Assembly: GCA_015492495.1 (NCBI GenBank)
Contig: WGEY01000069.1
Span: forward strand, 1 to 61,563
DNA from: Deltaproteobacteria bacterium
Lineage (GTDB): Bacteria > Desulfobacterota > GWC2-55-46 > DRQE01
Reading direction: 5' to 3'
DNA length: 61,563 nucleotides
Part shown: positions 7,955 through 17,621 of the stretch, piece by piece
Position numbering within the stretch: the first letter of the stretch is position 1
Layout: every line of letters starts with the position of its first letter
The notes under the pieces: model-generated
Told to the model about the DNA's origin: nothing
The model's database searches: none
Seen by the model: the letters and a program-made list of their open reading frames with translations, nothing else
Position numbers and translations under genes: made by a program

Positions 7955-8108
7955 CGGTACCGTGGCTATGAATATTTGTTTAAGGATGTCTTTTCCTTGA
8001 AGATCGAAGCCTCATGCAGCTGTCCGCCGCCGAGCGCCTCGATGCCCGGCGGCTCCATGGCCCCGCAGAGGTCCTTTGCAACGCACAAGTACAGTAAAGG
8101 GGTCGACC

Positions 8109-9140
8109 GTGAACAAAGCAGCCCGTGGCGTGCTTCCTGCAGGGAAGCTGCCCGTAAGACTCCTCGCAAGGCTCCTTAAAAGGTATGCGGCCGCCGCCAG
8201 GGCCGACGGGAGCGTGGTCGTGGGGCCCTCGGTAGGGCTTGACTGCGCGGTGATAGATTTCGGCGGCAACCTCCTTCTGGCAAAGACCGATCCCGTAACC
8301 CTCGTGGCCGAGGACATAGGACTGTACGCCATACACGTAAACGCCAATGACATAGCGGTCATGGGAGGGGTGCCGAGGTGGTTCCTTGCCACGATACTCC
8401 TGCCAGAGGACAGGACGACGGCAAGGCTGGCGGAGAGGATATTCTCCCAGCTGAGCCGTGCCTGTGACGAGGTGGGCATAACGCTCTGCGGCGGGCATAC
8501 CGAGGTGACCCCGGGGCTCGAAAGGCCCATCGTCGTAGGGCAGATGCTCGGCGAGGTCCCCGAAAGGAGGCTCGTGTCTTCGGCAGGCGCGCGGCCCGGT
8601 GACGACATCGTCCTTACAAAGGGGGTACCCATCGAGGCGGGAAGCGTGATCGCGCGGGAGATGTCTTCGGAGCTCAGGGGCGTGTTTCCGGAAGGTTTCA
8701 TCCGCAGGTGCAAAAGGCTCGTCAAGGATCCGGGGCTGAGTGTGGTAAGGGATGCGCGCGTGGCCATGGACAGCGCGAGGGTACACGCCATGCATGACCC
8801 GACCGAGGGAGGGCTCTCCATGGGGTTGTACGAGCTTGCGGAGGCATCGGAGACGGGGCTTGTCGTATACGAAGAGAGTATCCCCTTTGTACCCGAGTCG
8901 TTGAGGCTGCTCGAACACTACGGCCTCGACCCCATGGGCGCGATAGCCTCAGGCGCGCTCCTTCTTACGGTAGATCCGCGGGACACCGCCGGTCTCTTAG
9001 GCGCATTCGAGAGGGAGGGGATCAGGGCGTCGTGCATAGGAAAGGTTACGGACAGGAAAAGGGGGATAAGGATCGTAAGCGGGGGCAGGCAGAAGGCGCT
9101 CAGGGTCTTTCAAAGGGATGAACTGACGAAGATTCTTTGA
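8109..9140 (+). CDS. AIR synthase-related (PurM/HypE-like) protein
   Basis: GKLP, G.DCAV, KTDP+T, NANDIA.MG, GGHTEVT and AMHDPTEGG motifs. Confidence 0.85.
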   Translation: MNKAARGVLPAGKLPVRLLARLLKRYAAAARADGSVVVGPSVGLDCAVIDFGGNLLLAKTDPVTLVAEDIGLYAIHVNANDIAVMGGVPRWFLATILLPEDRTTARLAERIFSQLSRACDEVGITLCGGHTEVTPGLERPIVVGQMLGEVPERRLVSSAGARPGDDIVLTKGVPIEAGSVIAREMSSELRGVFPEGFIRRCKRLVKDPGLSVVRDARVAMDSARVHAMHDPTEGGLSMGLYELAEASETGLVVYEESIPFVPESLRLLEHYGLDPMGAIASGALLLTVDPRDTAGLLGAFEREGIRASCIGKVTDRKRGIRIVSGGRQKALRVFQRDELTKIL

Positions 9141-9355
9141 TATCATTAAGGTTCCCAAGGAACCATTCGGCGCCGGGCACGCGCCCGGTCTAAGCTCCAT
9201 GCAGTGTACTCGGGCCTGCCCGTCGGGCAGACATGGAATCTTCATAATGTAAGTAAGTTTGTATTATATTCGCTCGCTATGCATCTTCACGAGACCCTTC
9301 GGACCGCCTGTGATCGATCAGAGGTTTCCTAAATCCTATCTAAGGAGGAGTATCT

Positions 9356-9859
9356 ATGAAAGGCACCAGGAAGTACTTGGCAGGCACCACCAAAAAGGCC
9401 ATCGACACGGAAAAGGATCCTTACCTGCTCAAGATGGAGCCGGAGGAGATGGCCATGTGCACGGATTGTTCCGCCGTGTACCAGCACAAGAGGTGGAGGC
9501 TTCCCACCGAGGAGGAGCTCGAAAAGAAGGAGTCATACGCAAAGGTCGTATGCCCGGCATGCCAGAAGATAAGGGACAAGTTCGCGGGCGGCTACGTCAC
9601 CCTCCGCGGAGAGTTCCTCAAGGACCACAAGGAAGAGATCCTCAACCTCATAAGGAACAAGGAAGAAAGGGCGAGATACACCAACCCCCTCGAACGCATA
9701 ATCGAGATAAACGAGAGCGGCGATACCATCGAGATAACCACTACCACCGACAAGTTCGCGCAGAGGATCGGAAGGGTTCTGCACAAGGCCTTCTCCGGCA
9801 AGGTCGAATACAAGTGGAGCGATGACGTCAAGATAGCGAGGGTTACATGGACGCGTTAG
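9356..9859 (+). CDS. BCAM0308-like Zn-ribbon protein
   Basis: DPY...CTDCSAVY..KRW...CPAC.KI.D...GG.+.L.G.F...H..EI.NL; strong RBS. Confidence 0.75.
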   Translation: MKGTRKYLAGTTKKAIDTEKDPYLLKMEPEEMAMCTDCSAVYQHKRWRLPTEEELEKKESYAKVVCPACQKIRDKFAGGYVTLRGEFLKDHKEEILNLIRNKEERARYTNPLERIIEINESGDTIEITTTTDKFAQRIGRVLHKAFSGKVEYKWSDDVKIARVTWTR

Positions 9860-9898
9860 GCCATGTCCCTGGTGCGTACGGAAGGATCGGTGAACTCC

Positions 9899-10909
9899 AT
9901 GCATGAGGCGAGGTTGTGGACAAGCGGCGGCGATGGCACCGTAAGGTGCAACCTCTGCAGCTTCCGTTGCAGCATAGCCGACGGCAAGCGCGGCATATGC
10001 GGAGTAAGGGAGAACAGGGGGGGCACCCTCTACAGCATCAATTACGGCAGGCTCATAGCGCAGAACATCGACCCCATAGAGAAGAAGCCCCTCTACCACT
10101 TTCAGCCCGGCTCCTCATCCTATTCGATCGCCACGGTGGGCTGCAACTTCAGGTGCCTGCACTGTCAGAACTACAACATCTCGCAGATGCCGAGGGTGAG
10201 CAGGAAGATCATGGGCGATGAGGTATCCCCGGACGAGGTCGTCAGGAGCGCAAAGGAGGCGGGGTGCAGGTCCATCGCCTACACCTACACCGAGCCGACG
10301 ATCTTCTTCGAGTACGCCAGGGACTGCGCCGTGCTGGCCAAAGAGGAGGGCATAAGAAACGTTTTCGTCACCAACGGCTACATGACGAAGGAGTGCCTGG
10401 ACGAGCTCTCCGGTATACTCGATGCGGCGAACGTGGACGTGAAGTCCTTCAGCGAGGAGTTCTACAGGAAGGTCTGCGGTGCACGCCTTGCGCCGGTACT
10501 TGAGAGCATCGAGTACATGCTCAAGCTCGGCATCTGGGTCGAGGTGACCACCCTCGTTATACCGCGCCACAACGACTCGGAGGAGGAGCTCAGGGAGATA
10601 GCCCGCTGGATAAGCAGGACCGAGAAGTCCATGCCGTGGCACATAAGCGCCTTCTACCCGGCCTACAAGATGATGAACGTACCGCGAACCCCGGCGTCCA
10701 TCATAGACCGCGCAAGGGAGATAGGGCTCGAGGAGGGGCTGAGGTACGTCTACACCGGTAACGTGCCGGGAGATCCCGGAGAGTCCACCTATTGTTATGC
10801 CTGCAAGAGGATCCTCATAGAGAGGCTCGGCTTCGGCATAAAGGCGAACCACATAGAGGACTCCAGGTGTCCGTACTGCGGCGCTGAGATAGACGGGATA
10901 GAGCTGTGA
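9899..10909 (+). CDS. amrS: AmmeMemoRadiSam system radical SAM enzyme
   Basis: N-terminal CxxC...GICGVR, DPIEKKPLYHF, CNFRCLHCQN, AYTYTEP and C-terminal CxxC pairs; start could also be 9863 or 9890. Confidence 0.88.
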   Translation: MHEARLWTSGGDGTVRCNLCSFRCSIADGKRGICGVRENRGGTLYSINYGRLIAQNIDPIEKKPLYHFQPGSSSYSIATVGCNFRCLHCQNYNISQMPRVSRKIMGDEVSPDEVVRSAKEAGCRSIAYTYTEPTIFFEYARDCAVLAKEEGIRNVFVTNGYMTKECLDELSGILDAANVDVKSFSEEFYRKVCGARLAPVLESIEYMLKLGIWVEVTTLVIPRHNDSEEELREIARWISRTEKSMPWHISAFYPAYKMMNVPRTPASIIDRAREIGLEEGLRYVYTGNVPGDPGESTYCYACKRILIERLGFGIKANHIEDSRCPYCGAEIDGIEL

Positions 10910-11418
10910 GGGACCCCAAGGACGCGCACTCAAGGGAGCCTGGCTTCAGGATACGGCATGCGGCCGAAGAAGACGCCGCAGCCATAGGACGGATACTGCG
11001 CGATCTCGGCTGGTTCTCGGACATAAACGCGGAGGCACCCGAAGAGAGCACCGGACGGATCGAACGTACCCTCGGGCGCTGTGCGGCCCGAACGGACCAT
11101 ACGGCGTTTGTAGCTGAAGACGACGCCGGAGAGGTCATAGGTTATGTTGCGGTCCACTGGTTACCCTACCTCTTCATGAAGGGCCCCGAGGGGTACGTCT
11201 CGGAGCTCTTTGTACGCAGGTCGTACAGGTGCAAGGGGGTGGGAACAAGGCTCCTCGAAGAGGTGCGAAAGGAGGCCGTCCGCAGGGGGGCATCCCGCCT
11301 GATGCTCGTAAACTCGCGAAACCGTCCGTCCTACAAGAGGGGCTTCTATGAGAGGCGCGGGTGGAAGGAACGCATCGAGGCCGCAAACTTCGTCCTGCCG
11401 TTGAAGGAGGACCGGTAG
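10906..11418 (+). CDS. GNAT family N-acetyltransferase
   Basis: ELFV...YR.KGVGTRLL acetyl-CoA motif A; GFYERRGW. Confidence 0.88.
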   Translation: MRDPKDAHSREPGFRIRHAAEEDAAAIGRILRDLGWFSDINAEAPEESTGRIERTLGRCAARTDHTAFVAEDDAGEVIGYVAVHWLPYLFMKGPEGYVSELFVRRSYRCKGVGTRLLEEVRKEAVRRGASRLMLVNSRNRPSYKRGFYERRGWKERIEAANFVLPLKEDR

Positions 11419-11658
11419 AGGTTGAGACGATATGAAGGCCCTTGTCGGCGGCCGCCCGATGACGGTACGGTATAACGGTTCCAGGGTCTTTCAGTGATCA
11501 GGGAAACTCCGGGAGAAAAAAACCGGTCTCCCGTAATCACCGGCGAAGCGACGCAGCCTCCGTACAAACCGGTGGGCCAGGGGGCATGGCCCGTCCACGC
11601 GGTGACGAACCGATCGGATACTTCTTTAAGAGATCCCTAAGCAGGAAAGGAGGACGCC

Positions 11659-11967
11659 GTGCTTGTTGAGTTCCATGTAGTACCGGTAGGCAAGGGTGAA
11701 AGCATGGGCGACGAGATCGCCAGGGTGCTGGACATCGTTGAAAGGAGCGGCCTGCCCTACAGGGTCAATCCAATGGGAACGGTCATCGAAGGACAGTGGG
11801 ACGAGGTGATCGGCGTCATAAGGAGATGCCACGAAGAGGTGCTGAAGAGCGCGCCGAGGGTCATATCGAGCATAACCATCGACGACAGGCCGTCCAGGCC
11901 GATGGACAGGATAACGGAGAAGGTACGATCGATAGAGAAGCGCTTGGGCAGGGAACTCGAGAAGTAG
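11659..11967 (+). CDS. MTH1187 family thiamine-binding protein
   Basis: EF.V.P.G, SGL.Y...PMGT.IEG.WDEV and ID.R motifs; AGGAGG RBS. Confidence 0.88.
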   Translation: MLVEFHVVPVGKGESMGDEIARVLDIVERSGLPYRVNPMGTVIEGQWDEVIGVIRRCHEEVLKSAPRVISSITIDDRPSRPMDRITEKVRSIEKRLGRELEK

Positions 11968-13016
11968 TCGAGATCGACGGAAGCATCGGCGAGGGAGGAG
12001 GTCAGATCCTGCGCACCAGCCTTACGCTCGCAGCCTTGACCGGCAGGACCGTGCGGGTTTACAACATAAGGGCCGGAAGGCCGAGGCCCGGGCTGAGGCC
12101 GCAGCACCTCCTGAGTGCACGCGCCGTTGCGGAGATAAGCGGCGGAGAGCTCGACGGGGCGCACGAGGACTCCACGGAGCTCGTATTCCGCCCGGGCGCG
12201 GTAAACGGGGGCAGCTACAGCTTCGACGTCGCTTCCTTCAAGTCAAGCGCCGGCTCGGTCGGGCTCGTGTTCCAGACCATCTGCCTGCCGCTGTGTTTCG
12301 CGCACACCGGCTCACGGGTGGTCATAAAGGGCGGCACACACGTTGAGTGGAGCCCTCCCGTTGATTACATAAAGGAGGTCTTCCTGCCGGCGGTAGGATC
12401 CATGGGCGTGGAGGCCGGGATCGATCTCCTCAGGTGGGGCTTCTATCCGATAGGGGGAGGCATGGTGGATGTTACGGTAAGGCCGTCCAGGTTACCCTTG
12501 CGGCCCTTCAGGGTCGTTGAGAGGGGCCGTCTGAGGAGGGTCGCGGTCCTCTCGGCCGTGGCCAACCTTCCCGTGGATATCGCCAGGCGTCAGCTCGAGA
12601 GGACCATGGAGAGGCTCAGGGATGCCTCCTTCGAGGCGGAAGGCAGGCGGATGAGCGTTCCATCGCCTGGAAGAGGCACGTTTCTCTTCATACTCGCCGA
12701 GTTCGACAATACGAGGGCCGGGTTCTCGGCCCTCGGGGCCAGGGGCAAGAGGGCCGAGGCTGTGGCCGACGAGGCGGTGGACTCCTTTCTGGAGTACATG
12801 AAAAGCCCGGCGGCGGTCGACCGCCACCTTGCGGACCAGATACTCATTGCCGCAGCCCTGGCCGGGGGAGACTCGGTCTTTACCACCGCCGGGATGACCG
12901 GACACCTCGCAACGAACGTCCGCGTCATAGAAAGGTTCCTCCCCGTACGTTTTTCGATCGAAGACGGCGGGGTCTGCACGGTGAAGGTCCGCGGCGCGGC
13001 CCTCGGACGACCTTGA
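11964..13016 (+). CDS. rtcA: RNA 3'-terminal phosphate cyclase (start codon unclear)
   Basis: IDGS.GEGGGQILR, NIRA.R..PGL.PQHL, GGTHV.WSP, GFYP.GGG and D.HLADQ motifs; no canonical start at the expected position. Confidence 0.92.
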   Translation, partial: VVEIDGSIGEGGGQILRTSLTLAALTGRTVRVYNIRAGRPRPGLRPQHLLSARAVAEISGGELDGAHEDSTELVFRPGAVNGGSYSFDVASFKSSAGSVGLVFQTICLPLCFAHTGSRVVIKGGTHVEWSPPVDYIKEVFLPAVGSMGVEAGIDLLRWGFYPIGGGMVDVTVRPSRLPLRPFRVVERGRLRRVAVLSAVANLPVDIARRQLERTMERLRDASFEAEGRRMSVPSPGRGTFLFILAEFDNTRAGFSALGARGKRAEAVADEAVDSFLEYMKSPAAVDRHLADQILIAAALAGGDSVFTTAGMTGHLATNVRVIERFLPVRFSIEDGGVCTVKVRGAALGRP

Positions 13017-13222
13017 CGGCTCACAGCGGCCAAGCGTACCCTAATCCTTATTACATTCGAGGATCAACCGCATGGCGACGGGCGGCCGCACAGGGGCTTC
13101 AAGCTGGACTGTGCGAGGATTGTATGGTATTTAAACTACTCTGACGCCGATTGAAGCCCCGCGGCCCGCTGCGGTGTCGGCGCTTGCGATGCATCTTCAT
13201 CTCAAGAGGAGGAGATTCTCAG

Positions 13223-13690
13223 GTGCTCAAGGTTTCCCTGTTTCTGCACGTGCTGGCCGCCATATTCTGGATAGGTGGCATGCTCTTTCTGACCCTGGTC
13301 ATAGCGCCCTTTTTGAGGACGCTCGACGATCCCAGGAAAAAGAGCGAGATATACCAGATAGTAGGCAAAAAGTTCAGGTTCTGGGGCTGGATAGCGATCG
13401 CGGTGCTCGTTGTTACCGGTCCGATCAACCTCTACCGCCTCGGCGTGACACCTGAGGTGCTCATGGACCCTGCCTTTCACTCCACGCCTTACGGCAAGGC
13501 CGTCTTGACCAAGATACTGTTCGTGGCGTTGATCGTTCTGTCGAGCACACTCCATGACTTCTGGCTCGGGCCGAAGGCAAGGAACTCGCGCCGGTTCTCC
13601 AGGTTTGCGATGATACTGGGCAGGTCCAACCTCTTCATAGCGCTCGTCATCGTCGCGCTGGCGGTACTCATAAGGGTGGGCGGGCTGTAG
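13223..13690 (+). CDS. CopD/DUF4149-like integral membrane protein
   Basis: GTG after GAGGAGG; LHVLAAIFWIGG, four hydrophobic segments and HDF..GP. Confidence 0.75.
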   Translation: MLKVSLFLHVLAAIFWIGGMLFLTLVIAPFLRTLDDPRKKSEIYQIVGKKFRFWGWIAIAVLVVTGPINLYRLGVTPEVLMDPAFHSTPYGKAVLTKILFVALIVLSSTLHDFWLGPKARNSRRFSRFAMILGRSNLFIALVIVALAVLIRVGGL

Positions 13691-13798
13691 CACACCCGCA
13701 TGCAGCAGGGGCAACCCGCCTCTGCATGCTGCCGCAGACACCGGAAAGGCGGAACAAACAACCTTGCCCGCCGGATACCTTGACGGAGGCAACGCAGT

Positions 13799-14380
13799 AT
13801 GGCGCACAAGTTCAGTCCGCAGAAGATAGAGCGCCTGCTTGCAGAGGACAGGCTGGGCGACACAACACCCGCGGAGCTCTTGAAGGAGAACGGACTCGGC
13901 GAGGGCATGGTCTTTGCGGACATCGGGTGCGGCCCCGGGTTCTTCGACGGCCCGGCTGCTGAGGTGGTCGGCCCGGCAGGCGTCGTCTATGCCGTAGACA
14001 CCCAGCAGGAGATGCTCGACGAGCTTGAAAAAAGGGTAGATTCGCCTAACATCATCCCTGTAAGGTCGGAGGAGAATCACATCCCCATCGATGACCGCTG
14101 CGTTGACTTCGTCCTCCTTGCCTATGTCCTGCACGAGGCCGAATCAAAGCCCGTGTTTCTCAAGGAGGTCAGGAGGATAATGAAAGACGGCGGCGGGCTC
14201 CTTCTCATCGACTGGGAGAAGAAGGTCGAGGACAAGGGGCCTCCCCTCGAGGAGAGGGTTTCGTGCGATGAGGCCGCGGGGCTGCTCGAAAGCGCCGGGT
14301 TCGTAATGGAGAAGGTTTCCTCACTGAACCCCTCCCACTACATCCTGAAGGCGAAGAAGGGACCGGAAGGGCCGAGGTAG
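13799..14380 (+). CDS. Class I SAM-dependent methyltransferase
   Basis: ADIGCGPG, VYAVD, VLHE and IDW.K motifs. Confidence 0.9.
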   Translation: MAHKFSPQKIERLLAEDRLGDTTPAELLKENGLGEGMVFADIGCGPGFFDGPAAEVVGPAGVVYAVDTQQEMLDELEKRVDSPNIIPVRSEENHIPIDDRCVDFVLLAYVLHEAESKPVFLKEVRRIMKDGGGLLLIDWEKKVEDKGPPLEERVSCDEAAGLLESAGFVMEKVSSLNPSHYILKAKKGPEGPR

Positions 14381-14436
14381 CGCTTCCGGGGTTGAGATTC
14401 GCAATTTTTGAGATAAAATTATACGGTGTAACGGCC

Positions 14437-14994
14437 ATGGATAAGGTGGAGATAAAGATAGACGGTGCCACGCTCTCCCTTGTCAGGGGAGATATAACGG
14501 ACGAGTCGACCGACGCGATCGTCAACGCAGCCAACTCGAGGCTTGCGGGCGGAGGCGGGGTAGACGGCGCCATACACAGGGCCGGCGGGCCCGAGATAAT
14601 GAAGGAGTGCAGGGCCATAGGCGGCTGCCCCACCGGAAGCGCGGTCATAACATCCGGCGGCAGGCTCAAGGCGCGCCATGTGATCCACGCCGTGGGACCG
14701 GTATACAGGGACGGCGGCCATGGCGAGGCCGAGCTCCTGGCAGGCGCCTACAAAAGGAGCCTCGAGCTGGCCACAGAAAACGGGCTCAAGAGCATAGCAT
14801 TCCCCTCCATAAGCACCGGCGCCTACGGTTATCCAGTGGAGGATGCCTCCCGCATCGCACTCGGGACCGTCATGGACTTTCTCAAGAAACACAGTGGCAT
14901 AAAGCTGGTAAGGTTCGTCCTGTTTTCGGAAAAGGACTTCAACGCATACAGGACGGCACTGGAAGAGCTCACATCCACCGCCGCATCACGCTGA
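14437..14994 (+). CDS. Macrodomain O-acetyl-ADP-ribose deacetylase (YmdB-like)
   Basis: GDIT..DAIVNAAN..L.GGGGVDGAIH.A.G, IHAVGP and AFPSISTGAYGYP motifs. Confidence 0.93.
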   Translation: MDKVEIKIDGATLSLVRGDITDESTDAIVNAANSRLAGGGGVDGAIHRAGGPEIMKECRAIGGCPTGSAVITSGGRLKARHVIHAVGPVYRDGGHGEAELLAGAYKRSLELATENGLKSIAFPSISTGAYGYPVEDASRIALGTVMDFLKKHSGIKLVRFVLFSEKDFNAYRTALEELTSTAASR

Positions 14995-15193
14995 ACCGTC
15001 CAGGGACGGACCCTTCGCAGGAAGGCCCGCCCGCGGGCACGGCCCGTCAAGGCATTACTTCTTGGAAACCACGGAAAACACCTCATCGGACCACATTCAT
15101 CCAGCACCTTGGGCGTTATGTTATCCGTGCCCGCAAGGCCTGCATCCAGAAGACACAACCGGAGAGGTTGCTTGTTGTTGCACGTGTTGATCC

Positions 15194-15219
15194 ATACGGC
15201 ATCCCCCGGGATGCCGTAT
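15194..15219. other. Perfect 12-bp inverted repeat just upstream of an RBS
   Basis: ATACGGCATCCC-CC-GGGATGCCGTAT ends 14 nt before ATG 15234; no U-tract. Confidence 0.5.
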
Positions 15220-15233
15220 CTCCGGAAGGTTGC

Positions 15234-16781
15234 ATGGCAAAAAGGTTCTGGAACATTCGGGTGCTCGCCGTGGACGACGAGCCCAAAAACATCGAGCTCC
15301 TCAGCGCGATATTCGAGGGATACGGTTGCAAGATCGACACCGCACCGGACGGCTTCAAGGCGCTCGCGCTCCTCGATACTGCGGCCTACGACGTCGTAAT
15401 AACGGATATACGGATGCCGGTCATGGACGGGCTGGCCTTCTACAAAGACCTCGTACGCAGGATGCCGTCGATGAAGGGGAAGGTGATATTCACAACCTCC
15501 GACCTCGATCAGAAGAGCGAGCTCTTGATAAAGGCCGCCGGATGCAGGTATGTTTTGAAGCCGCTGAGTGTGGTCAAACTCCTCGACACGGTGAACGAGG
15601 TGGTGGAACGCAGGGGAAGGGTGAGCAGGCCGGACCGCGAGCTCGTCCTCGAGTGCTTCCTCCTCTTCTCCTTCCTGTCCTTTTTTCTCCAGCTCCTTTC
15701 AGGCACCGCCGCCTACGGGGGTACGCTCAACCACAACTTGTGCAAGGAGTGCCATGCGGATGTACACAGCGAGGCGATGTCCATGCCCTACAAGCACTCG
15801 GTCGTGGACGAAAGGTGCGGGATGTGCCATGTGGTAGAAAGGAAGGTCTCCAGGTGGACGGGACTCGCCACCATGATACGGTCCACGCGGCCCGGGAAGG
15901 ATGTGCTGCTGCCGCTGAATAACATCTCTTACGACAAGATGCACATTGTCGAGGTCATTGCGAAGGACCGGCGCGGGAGGAAGTCGCGCCCGGTGGAGAT
16001 CGGGATCGACCCGCAGAACGTAGAGGACCTGCTGCCGGACGGGGATTCGCCTCCCGAGGTCTTCGACATAAGGGTTGAGAAGATACGCAAGGGGATATTC
16101 CCCGAGGCCACGCTTTCCTGGAGGACCGACTCGTACACAACGTCCTGGGTAGAGTACGGCCCCGACACCGGCTACGAGGAGACGAGCGGTTCGGGGACCG
16201 CGTACTCCAGAAGCCACGGCGCAACCCTCGTCAGGCTCAAAAAAAACACCGTCTACCACTTCAGGATAGTGGCAAGGGACGTTCTGGGCAACGTCGTGCA
16301 GACCGCGGACCACACCTTCGACACATCCATGGCGGTCGACGACCGCAAGGGCGAAGGCGTCCGCCGGGTGGCCTTCGACAGGAGCCTCCCCGTAATAAAG
16401 GACCTGAAGGTGGTGAAGACGGCGAAAGGCGGGGTGTGTCTGCTTGCGAGGTTCAACAAGCCCTCGACCGTCGAGGTACGCGTCAAGGAGGGGTCCGGGG
16501 ATGCCGCGGACGACCCCCATGGCGAGGGGTTCCTCCCGCCCATTGTCTCACAGATAGACGTCTGCGTAAGGTGTCACCGCCACGGGCTGTCCCATCCGGT
16601 GGGGGTTAGCTCCCGTAGCCCGAGGACGCGGGTGCCCGTGAACCTGCCCACGCTCCCGGGAGGAGTGATAACCTGCGTTACATGCCACTTTCCCCACGGC
16701 GGAGACAAGAGATACTTCGCGAGGCTGGATTTTCAGAGGGACATCTGCATAGAGTGCCACGGCGGGGGACCGTTCATCTGA
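15234..16781 (+). CDS. Receiver domain fused to TM/signal segment and FN3-containing pentaheme c-type cytochrome
   Basis: REC motifs VDDE, TDIRMP and KP; hydrophobic FLLFSFLSFFLQLL; CxxCH x5 (CKECH, CGMCH, CVRCH, CVTCH, CIECH); FN3-like SW.TD...VEYG...L...T.YHFRI. Confidence 0.8.
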   Translation: MAKRFWNIRVLAVDDEPKNIELLSAIFEGYGCKIDTAPDGFKALALLDTAAYDVVITDIRMPVMDGLAFYKDLVRRMPSMKGKVIFTTSDLDQKSELLIKAAGCRYVLKPLSVVKLLDTVNEVVERRGRVSRPDRELVLECFLLFSFLSFFLQLLSGTAAYGGTLNHNLCKECHADVHSEAMSMPYKHSVVDERCGMCHVVERKVSRWTGLATMIRSTRPGKDVLLPLNNISYDKMHIVEVIAKDRRGRKSRPVEIGIDPQNVEDLLPDGDSPPEVFDIRVEKIRKGIFPEATLSWRTDSYTTSWVEYGPDTGYEETSGSGTAYSRSHGATLVRLKKNTVYHFRIVARDVLGNVVQTADHTFDTSMAVDDRKGEGVRRVAFDRSLPVIKDLKVVKTAKGGVCLLARFNKPSTVEVRVKEGSGDAADDPHGEGFLPPIVSQIDVCVRCHRHGLSHPVGVSSRSPRTRVPVNLPTLPGGVITCVTCHFPHGGDKRYFARLDFQRDICIECHGGGPFI

Positions 16782-16829
16782 CGGCCGGTGTACGCCGCCC
16801 CCTTGGCGGAACCTGACTGTACCATATCT

Positions 16830-17621
16830 TCACTCCCCCACCTTCACAAGAAGCCCCTTTTTCTTGACCCCCTTGAAGTTTAGGTAAAAGAAGACGACCG
16901 CCGCGCCGAGGTAGACCATGTTGAGCCCGGCGGCCCAGACGAGTTCCTTGGTGGGGAAGGTCCCGGTAGCTATCACATGGCGCATGCCCTCGAATACGTG
17001 TGAAGAGGGCACGTAGCGGGCTATCGTGCGGATCGACGGCGGCAGCACGCTTACCGGGTAGAAGACCGCTGAGACGGGCTGGAACAGGAATGCTATCCCC
17101 CAGGCGAGGACCTCGGCCTCCTGGCCGTACCTCAGGATGATGCCCGTCGTTATTATCCCCACGGCCCAGCCCATCACTATGAGGTTCGCCACGAGCGGGA
17201 CGAGCAGGACCCCGAACTGGAATATGTTGAACGAATACATCGCCATGGCCACGAGTATCATCACGGTCGATGCAAGAAAGAGCTTGAAGAGGCTTATCAG
17301 GAGGAGCGACAGCACGTACTCGACCGGGCTCATGGGGCTCACGAATACGTTCAGCAGGTTGCGGGACCACATGTCCTCGAGGAACGACACGCTTATGCCC
17401 TGCTGGCACCTGAATAGGATGTCCCACAGTATGAGCGCGCCCACGAAGAAGGTCACGAAGTCCGGGAGGCTTCCCTTGTAGGTCGATAGGTATACGCTTA
17501 TGAAGCCCCATACGAGCAGGTCCAGGAGCGGCCAGTAGAAGACCTCCATGAGCCTCGGCAGGCTCCTCCTGTACAGGTAAAGGTGCCTCGTGGTGTATGA
17601 AAGGACACGCGATACCTTCAC
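16830..17621 (-). CDS. ABC-2 type transporter permease
   Basis: About six hydrophobic helices; FYPVS.LP....A...P..HVFEGMR signature. Confidence 0.9.
   Translation of the reverse strand: MKVSRVLSYTTRHLYLYRRSLPRLMEVFYWPLLDLLVWGFISVYLSTYKGSLPDFVTFFVGALILWDILFRCQQGISVSFLEDMWSRNLLNVFVSPMSPVEYVLSLLLISLFKLFLASTVMILVAMAMYSFNIFQFGVLLVPLVANLIVMGWAVGIITTGIILRYGQEAEVLAWGIAFLFQPVSAVFYPVSVLPPSIRTIARYVPSSHVFEGMRHVIATGTFPTKELVWAAGLNMVYLGAAVVFFYLNFKGVKKKGLLVKVGE

Noticed and set aside
9214-9232. Short palindrome CTGCCCGTCGGGCAG in an intergenic region
   Set aside because: Single short GC-rich copy; cannot be supported as a repeat family or terminator from this window.
13301-13336. Partial match of spacer 8 (505-540) reverse complement to the CopD/DUF4149-like gene (25/36, core 22/26)
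   Set aside because: Eleven scattered mismatches; found by eye among many possible comparisons, so chance is plausible. Not called self-targeting.
14607-15233. Long N-terminal extension of the 724-aa ORF
   Set aside because: Overlaps the macrodomain gene out of frame and intergenic DNA; the plausible start is ATG 15234 at the REC domain.
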